The notes below the pieces were generated by a model. It made no database searches, had not been told where the DNA came from, and saw only the letters and a program-made list of their open reading frames with translations. A program made the position numbers and the translations under genes. A stretch of DNA of 63,945 nt, counting the filler, from Saprolegnia diclina VS20 (Eukaryota): assembly GCF_000281045.1 (NCBI RefSeq). It is 7 parts of 3 records of this genome, joined end to end, with 100 filler letters (N's around TTAATTAATTAA, not from the genome) between each part and the next. Parts side by side here need not be neighbours in the genome. Positions count along the whole stretch, not along the records: positions 58,131 to 59,916 come from NW_008246073.1; positions 60,017 to 62,349 come from NW_008246074.1; positions 62,450 to 63,945 come from NW_008246074.1; 4 more parts are not named here. One strand, written 5' to 3'. Below, piece after piece: positions 58,031 through 63,945 of this stretch (the stretch's first letter is position 1; each line of letters starts with the position of its first letter).

Positions 58031-58645
58031 NNNNNNNNNNNNNNNNNNNNNNNNNNNNNNNNNNNNNNNNNNNNTTAATTAATTAANNNNNNNNNNNNNN
58101 NNNNNNNNNNNNNNNNNNNNNNNNNNNNNNGAATCCATGCTGCTTAAACACGTGAGCAATAATATCTGCAAGCAGGACACCAGCCGCCACCTCGATAAGT
58201 CATCATCGACCGACACTATTTCTAGCACACCCACGAGTCTTCAGGTAGGGTTTCCAGCCAAATGTAGCCCTCCAATACAGAGAATGCCATTCAAAATAAC
58301 GAATGAAACTCGTAGACCAAGTCGCTAACGATCGATCCCCTGCCATTTGCTGTTGACACCACCAACCAATGGTTTCGAGGACAATTTAACGGACGCGACG
58401 CTATTGTCAAATCGTTTCGCACAACTGACCCTTCCGTGTGGACTGACCTCCGACTGCATTCCAGGTACTAGCTCCATACACTACACTAGGCAGGTGATCT
58501 CGTCGTTACCACTGAGATTCTCGGTAGCTTCAAGTCGCCAAACATNNNNNNNNNNNNNNNNNNNNNNNNNNNNNNNNNNNNNNNNNNNNNNNNNNNNNNN
58601 NNNNNNNNNNNNNNNNNNNNNNNNNNNNNNNNNNNNNNNNNNNNN

Positions 58646-59148
58646 TGGCGAAGGTCCGCATCGCGCTTGACGTTATTCGAGGGGTCGACTACCTGCACAA
58701 AAAGAAGATTGTGTACTGCGATCTCAAGTCCGAAAACGTCCTTGTCAGCGACGATGGCCACGCCAAGCTCGCCGACTTTGGCATTAGCCAGCAGACCACG
58801 CGTCGCGGCGATGCGAAACAACAAGGCACACCGCAGTACATGGCGCCCGAGCTCACGGGCTCCGCAGCCGCCGCGCCGACTTATGCCTCGGACGTCTATG
58901 CATTTGGCATTCTTCTCACAGAGCTCGATGCCAACACGGGCATGGTGCCGTACGAGACGATTGATTACAACAACAACCACTTTGCGCTATGGAAAGAAGT
59001 CCGATCCGGTCTGCGTCCCGCGCTTCGTGACGATTGCCCTCTTTGGTTCCGCGAGCTGGCGGTCCAGTGCATGGCGACGGTCCCGAGCGACCGCCCTTCT
59101 GTGTCGACGATCATCGACATTTTGGATAAGAACTTGCGCGACATGTAG
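58646..59148 (+). CDS. Protein kinase C-lobe (TKL-like), non-RD, 5' part in gap
   Basis: DYLH..IVYCDLKSENVL, DFG, GTPQYMAPE, SDVYAFG, DRPS. Confidence 0.92.
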
Positions 59149-60512
59149 AATCACAATCTAGTTTTACCAGTAATACTGTCGTCAATTCTTAGTGTATACA
59201 TCCGATATTTTTGACTTGGAGTTTTGCAATGGTCAAACTTGTCGTAACCAGAGGGTTGCCTCGTCAAGGGTGGCAAAAATGATGGCCACTTGTAACAGTC
59301 AATCAGAAAGTGGGGCTCTCTCCGGGATTTGAGCCCGGATATACCAGTTGGTAAACCAGTGGCTTCGCCGCTAGACTTAATTAGACTTGAAGAAGCCGCC
59401 AAGAAGCACGCCCTCTTGGCTGTTTCTGCGCGCCACACTGGAGTACCAATGCCGCGCACGTCCTGTGATCGTTTGCAGATCCGAGTTTCGATGAGTGGGG
59501 TGACAACCCACTCCATGATGAGGCGACACACACAATTGAGCTCAATCCTCCAACGAAATTATCGAGTAAGAAAGAGCTTGATGCAAAGCACATTGGTCCG
59601 TTGAATTTTTCCAAAAAATTGCTAAAAGAAGGGCTTGATACCAAAGCTCTTCACGTTTGTAGGTTGAAGCTCAGGTTGAAGTTTAGTTGATATTTTTTGT
59701 CACGAGTTCACAGAGCATCACTCCTTTTTCAATGTTTGCATTTTGGCATTTTTTGCATTCGAAGCAGTTCGAAATGCACCCTTCTTTCAAGGTACAGTGC
59801 GAACCCAAGCTGCTAAAACACGTGAGCAGCAAGCAGGACACCAGCCGCCACCTCGATAAGTCATCATCGACCGACACTACTTGCTCGGTGCGATTTCAAG
59901 CACCGAACGAATTTGGNNNNNNNNNNNNNNNNNNNNNNNNNNNNNNNNNNNNNNNNNNNNTTAATTAATTAANNNNNNNNNNNNNNNNNNNNNNNNNNNN
60001 NNNNNNNNNNNNNNNNGGCGTTCTACAACATGTGGAAGATCTGGATGCGCCGACATCCACGATCGATCACTTCACAAGTGGTTGACCAACTCCCGAGAAC
60101 TGCCCACCCACCCACGCCCCGCCCGCGAGTCGACAAACGAGCAAGTGGCATGGGTCAATAATAAAGAGGGTGTATCACGACCCGTATTTAATTAAAAAAT
60201 TACGGCAGAGCGCCCAGCGAAGTCCAATACAAATGCCTGAGGAAGCGCAAGCGCCGAATGCCTCATCCGGATAATGATTATTTGGAGAATTTTCATTAAA
60301 ATGGACTGGGCGCCGCGGATCGCTGCATGGGTCTACGTGCGTATAGCACTTGGAACATAGCTTTTTACGGCGCACGAAGATAGCTTATGCATGAACAAGC
60401 ATTTACCGTATCGATAAGGCTTCTAAACGCGCGAAATGAGTTACTACATGCTACGTATGTCCGCAAATAGTGCCAAGTTGACCTGGCCTCGGATACACAA
60501 ACATAAATATGA

Positions 60513-60798
60513 GGGTGACCGAGAGTCCGTCCCAAAACGAGACTTTGCACGCACTTCTAACACATCGTCGTGGATGTGTGTGCGAAGTTTCGTTCCCAAC
60601 AGAGCTCCCACACACCCCCATTTACGTTGCCAAAGACAACAAATACTATGATTTTGGACAAAATGGACTCGTAAACATGAGAATGGGGGTGACCGAGAGT
60701 CCGTCCCAAAACGAGACTTTGCACGCACTTTTAACACATAGTCGTGGATGTGTGTGCGAAGTTTCGTTCCCAACAGAGCTCCCACACACCCCCATTTT
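60513..60798. repeat. About 110-bp near-perfect direct repeat, period 174 bp
   Basis: GGGTGACCGAGAGTCC...CACACCCCCATTT at about 60513 and 60687. Confidence 0.92.
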
Positions 60799-61031
60799 CA
60801 TCGCTACGACAAATTCTGGATGCGTGTATTTAGTCAACATATCAGTGATTGTCAGGCCTTGTGAGCGCTGGCTGTCGAAAGCTATTCTTGTATATTACAG
60901 TGTTTTCGTTTTTGATACAGTGGATGCCAAAATCCTGTGTGGAGCCGGTTTCCTCACCGAACCCAACAAATGTATTGGGCAAACAACTGGAGCCTCAGCC
61001 GCAGGATTCGCCGATTTTTGTATGGCGTGAT

Positions 61032-62221
61032 CAGGGATGGTGAGTGAATACCAGTTGAGTCGCGTTACCGACTCATGAGTCGATTCACTCAGAGTGAATC
61101 GCTATTCACTCAGGCACCTTGTTGAGTGAGTGCTTATGAGTGGGTTGAGTCACCCACTTCGAACCCCGGGATGGCGTGGCATTTTAGCGTATTTAAGGCG
61201 CATTTAATATCCGGAATTAAAAGCAAGACATCGCTAGACCGCATGATGCGTCATAGACACAACAGTTGAGATTTCAGAATGGATCCTTGCCAATTCTCTA
61301 CAAAGTGCACTGGACGGCAATTGTCGGGTGTACGAATGGCTGAGGAGGGAACGCACGCGTGTGCCTTCAGCAAAGACCCAACCAAATTTGTTCCATGGCG
61401 ACCATCAACGCTTCCAACGTTTCCAACGCTCCTGTGTCGGCCAACGCTCCAATTCTCGAAGAGATCAAGGACCGGACCTCATGGGTTTGGGAGCATTTCG
61501 GCAAGTACGAGCGTGTGCCAAGCGAGAACGACAAAGCCGCCGTTTACGACTACGTATGCCGCGTGTGCCTGAGCAACAAGAGTAAGTTTAGCGACTGTAT
61601 CGTCGCCCTCTACGAGGGGAGTGCGTCGAATACGCTCCGCCATTTCAAGCACAAACACCCGTCCCTCGTCCCCAAGGCCAGCGTGCGCAAGGCTGCTCCA
61701 CAGAAGCCGGCCAGCAACAGTACCGAGAAGGCCAGCAATGTTGGCCGGAAGCAAAGTGGAACCTTGGATGGCTACCTCTTCAGGAGCGTGTCTTCTCGCT
61801 TTGCAAGCTGATCGACTCGCCGTTGCGCCAGAACCTCGGCGACGTCAAGTTCGAGATGCTACTTGTTCTGGCCTTCAACAAGGAGTTCATTCGGTCCGAG
61901 ACCGACGACGCCACGCTGGCCGATGCCCTCGAGTCGACAACGTCTGCTTCGCAAGCTGCTGCGACGCTCGTCAACTTGTTCGACCTCGACGCCAACAACG
62001 ATGAGACCGAGTCGGGCATCAACATCGCTGAAACACTTGGTACAGCGGAGGTTGATCCTACGCATGCGCGGGCCAAGAAGCGCAAACATTGTAGCGTTGA
62101 GTAGGCCCTGAGTCGGCTCCGAGTCACTCAGAGTCGTGAGTCAACTCACATCAATAAATTTTGAGTCGTGAGTGAATACGTATTCACTCATTACGAAAAT
62201 GGCCCATACTCACCATCCCTG
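61032..62221 (+). mobile_element. Non-autonomous hAT DNA transposon (1190 bp, internally deleted)
   Basis: Perfect 14-bp TIR CAGGGATGGTGAGT; 8-bp TSD GGCGTGAT (61024-61031, 62222-62229); BED zinc finger ORF 61395-61811; hAT dimerisation remnant ERVFS..R.NL from 61784. Confidence 0.95.
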
Positions 62222-63489
62222 GGCGTGATACACCCTCTTTATTATTGACCCATGCTGCCGCGGCGGCAGTCACTTGACGATCTTCATGCACCCGCGCGCT
62301 AACTGCTCCGTCTTCCTCGCGCAGGCGCTGACGGTGCCGACGCTCAGGCNNNNNNNNNNNNNNNNNNNNNNNNNNNNNNNNNNNNNNNNNNNNTTAATTA
62401 ATTAANNNNNNNNNNNNNNNNNNNNNNNNNNNNNNNNNNNNNNNNNNNNCTTCATCGAATGTATCCGATGCAAAGCAAATCAAATTGTGAGAAGCAACGT
62501 CGGCCTCGACGTTGGCTCTCGGAAACGCAACCTTACCACCCTAACCCCGCCGAGATTTCGTGATTAGCGTCGCGGTCAGCAAGGTAATGGAGTGGGACAC
62601 CGTATAAGATAACGGAGGTTTTCGTCCCACATGTGGTAAGATTATACGGTGCGAGAGGTTTTTGACCAACTCGATGCAAATTGAAGCAAATCGACGCGCG
62701 CAACCGACGTTTGCACCCTCAGGGCCGTCAACACGAGAACGCAAATTTATTTCTGCGTTCCGCACTTCCCACACAGTGACGTCGACGCACCCAGTCTCTA
62801 TCACTGTTGCGTACATTGCCAGTATGCCAAAATCAAGGCCATCACCTCTTTTTGAAATGACCTGGATCTGAAGTTGGCGCGCGACGGTTTCTGGCGCCAA
62901 GCGCCGAACATAGTAATATTGCTCACGCTTTTGCTCGAAACCTGACCAGTTTATTGCATTTTGGCAAACAAAGCTGCAGCTAAACCTGCCAGTACAAACG
63001 GTACAGCCCGTGGTGGCCCCTCCAGGCCGTCGTCACCAGCATTACCGCCCTCTCGTACCGCGCGACGACCGAGCCAGCGTACGCGACCATCGCTCGCTGC
63101 TCCTGCATTGGCTCACGCATGCGCCCGTGTAGGCTTGTGCAGCAACAGCCATCGACGCGACGACTAACATTGGGGCATTGGGCCGGGTAGTTTGGTTTTG
63201 ATTATACTCGCTTTTCGATGGCCATTTTGAAATTGTAGTGACGACTCTATGACTCGAATGAGTCGCCTACCAGTTCCATACATCTCGGCGTCATCTTCCG
63301 AGACGCCTAGAAGTCAAGCTGTTATGCCTCCAGCACCGCCTCTTTTGTGCTTTGGTGGGAAGTTCCTCGTGATGTTATCTCGGGTCTCCCCTAATTCCGT
63401 CCGTCCATCGACGACCAAACATGTTGCCCAGCCCAATGTTATGTACGACACGACAATATATTAGTGGATAGAGCGACGACACTGTAAAC

Positions 63490-63945
63490 CTAAATCTGGT
63501 TGTGCGACGCGAGGTGCGTGTAGATGCCGTTGAGACGCATGAGCTCATCGTGCGTGCCTTGCTCTGCGATGCGGCCGCCGCTCACGACGCAGATCTTGTC
63601 GGCGTTCCGGATCGTCGAGAGGCGGTGCGCAATCACGATCGTCGTCCGGCCCTTGGCCGCCAGCAGCTTGTCGAGCGCTTCTTGGACGACCTTTTCGCTC
63701 TCCGAGTCGAGCGCCGACGTGGCTTCGTCCAGGAGCAAAATCGACGGGTTCTTCATGATCGCACGCGCGATCGCGATGCGCTGCTTCTGGCCGCCCGAGA
63801 GCTGCTCGCCTTTGAGACCCACTTGCGTCTCGTACCCGTCGGGAAACTGCGAGATGAAGTTGTGGGCGTTCGCCATCTTGGCGGCCGCTTCCACGCGCGC
63901 TTGGAGGTCCGGCACGTTGTCAATGTTGGCGAGGCCGCCGGCAAT
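63490..63945 (-). CDS. ABC transporter B family (MDR/P-glycoprotein type), C-terminal NBD, partial
   Basis: [46 protein letters not shown]. Confidence 0.95.
   Translation of the reverse strand: MAGGLANIDNVPDLQARVEAAAKMANAHNFISQFPDGYETQVGLKGEQLSGGQKQRIAIARAIMKNPSILLLDEATSALDSESEKVVQEALDKLLAAKGRTTIVIAHRLSTIRNADKICVVSGGRIAEQGTHDELMRLNGIYTHLASHNQI

Noticed and set aside
27858..59148. Single co-located immunity island (LRR array, MINDY, CHAT, non-RD kinase)
   Set aside because: Components lie on different contigs separated by artificial spacers, so linkage is unproven.

Overview
Eukaryotic, GC-rich, intron-containing draft sequence. Short 40-60 nt GT-AG introns, INR/FPR-like promoters and the gene families point to an oomycete, probably Saprolegnia-like (inference). 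It is not one continuous molecule: six N-padded TTAATTAATTAA spacers join separate contigs, so synteny across them is unreliable. Conventional genes: four SGNH/IAH1-type esterases, a POT peptide transporter, a SET-MYND protein, a BCS1-like AAA ATPase, a MINDY deubiquitinase, a DUF4419 protein, an ERI1-type exonuclease, a partial non-RD kinase and a partial ABCB transporter. Expanded families: three degenerate 2OG-Fe(II) oxygenase-like genes and about ten F-box-like/LRR genes or fragments. Mobile DNA: a solo copia gag, an internally deleted hAT transposon with intact TIRs/TSD, and a small TIR element seen at both filled and empty sites. The most novel items are invisible in the ORF track because of splicing: a 5-exon gene for tandem dynein-light-chain domains plus two TM helices and a KxKxx tail, and a probably decaying CHAT (caspase-like) protease gene with an NTPase-like remnant. 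All family calls come from motif recognition; no searches were run.
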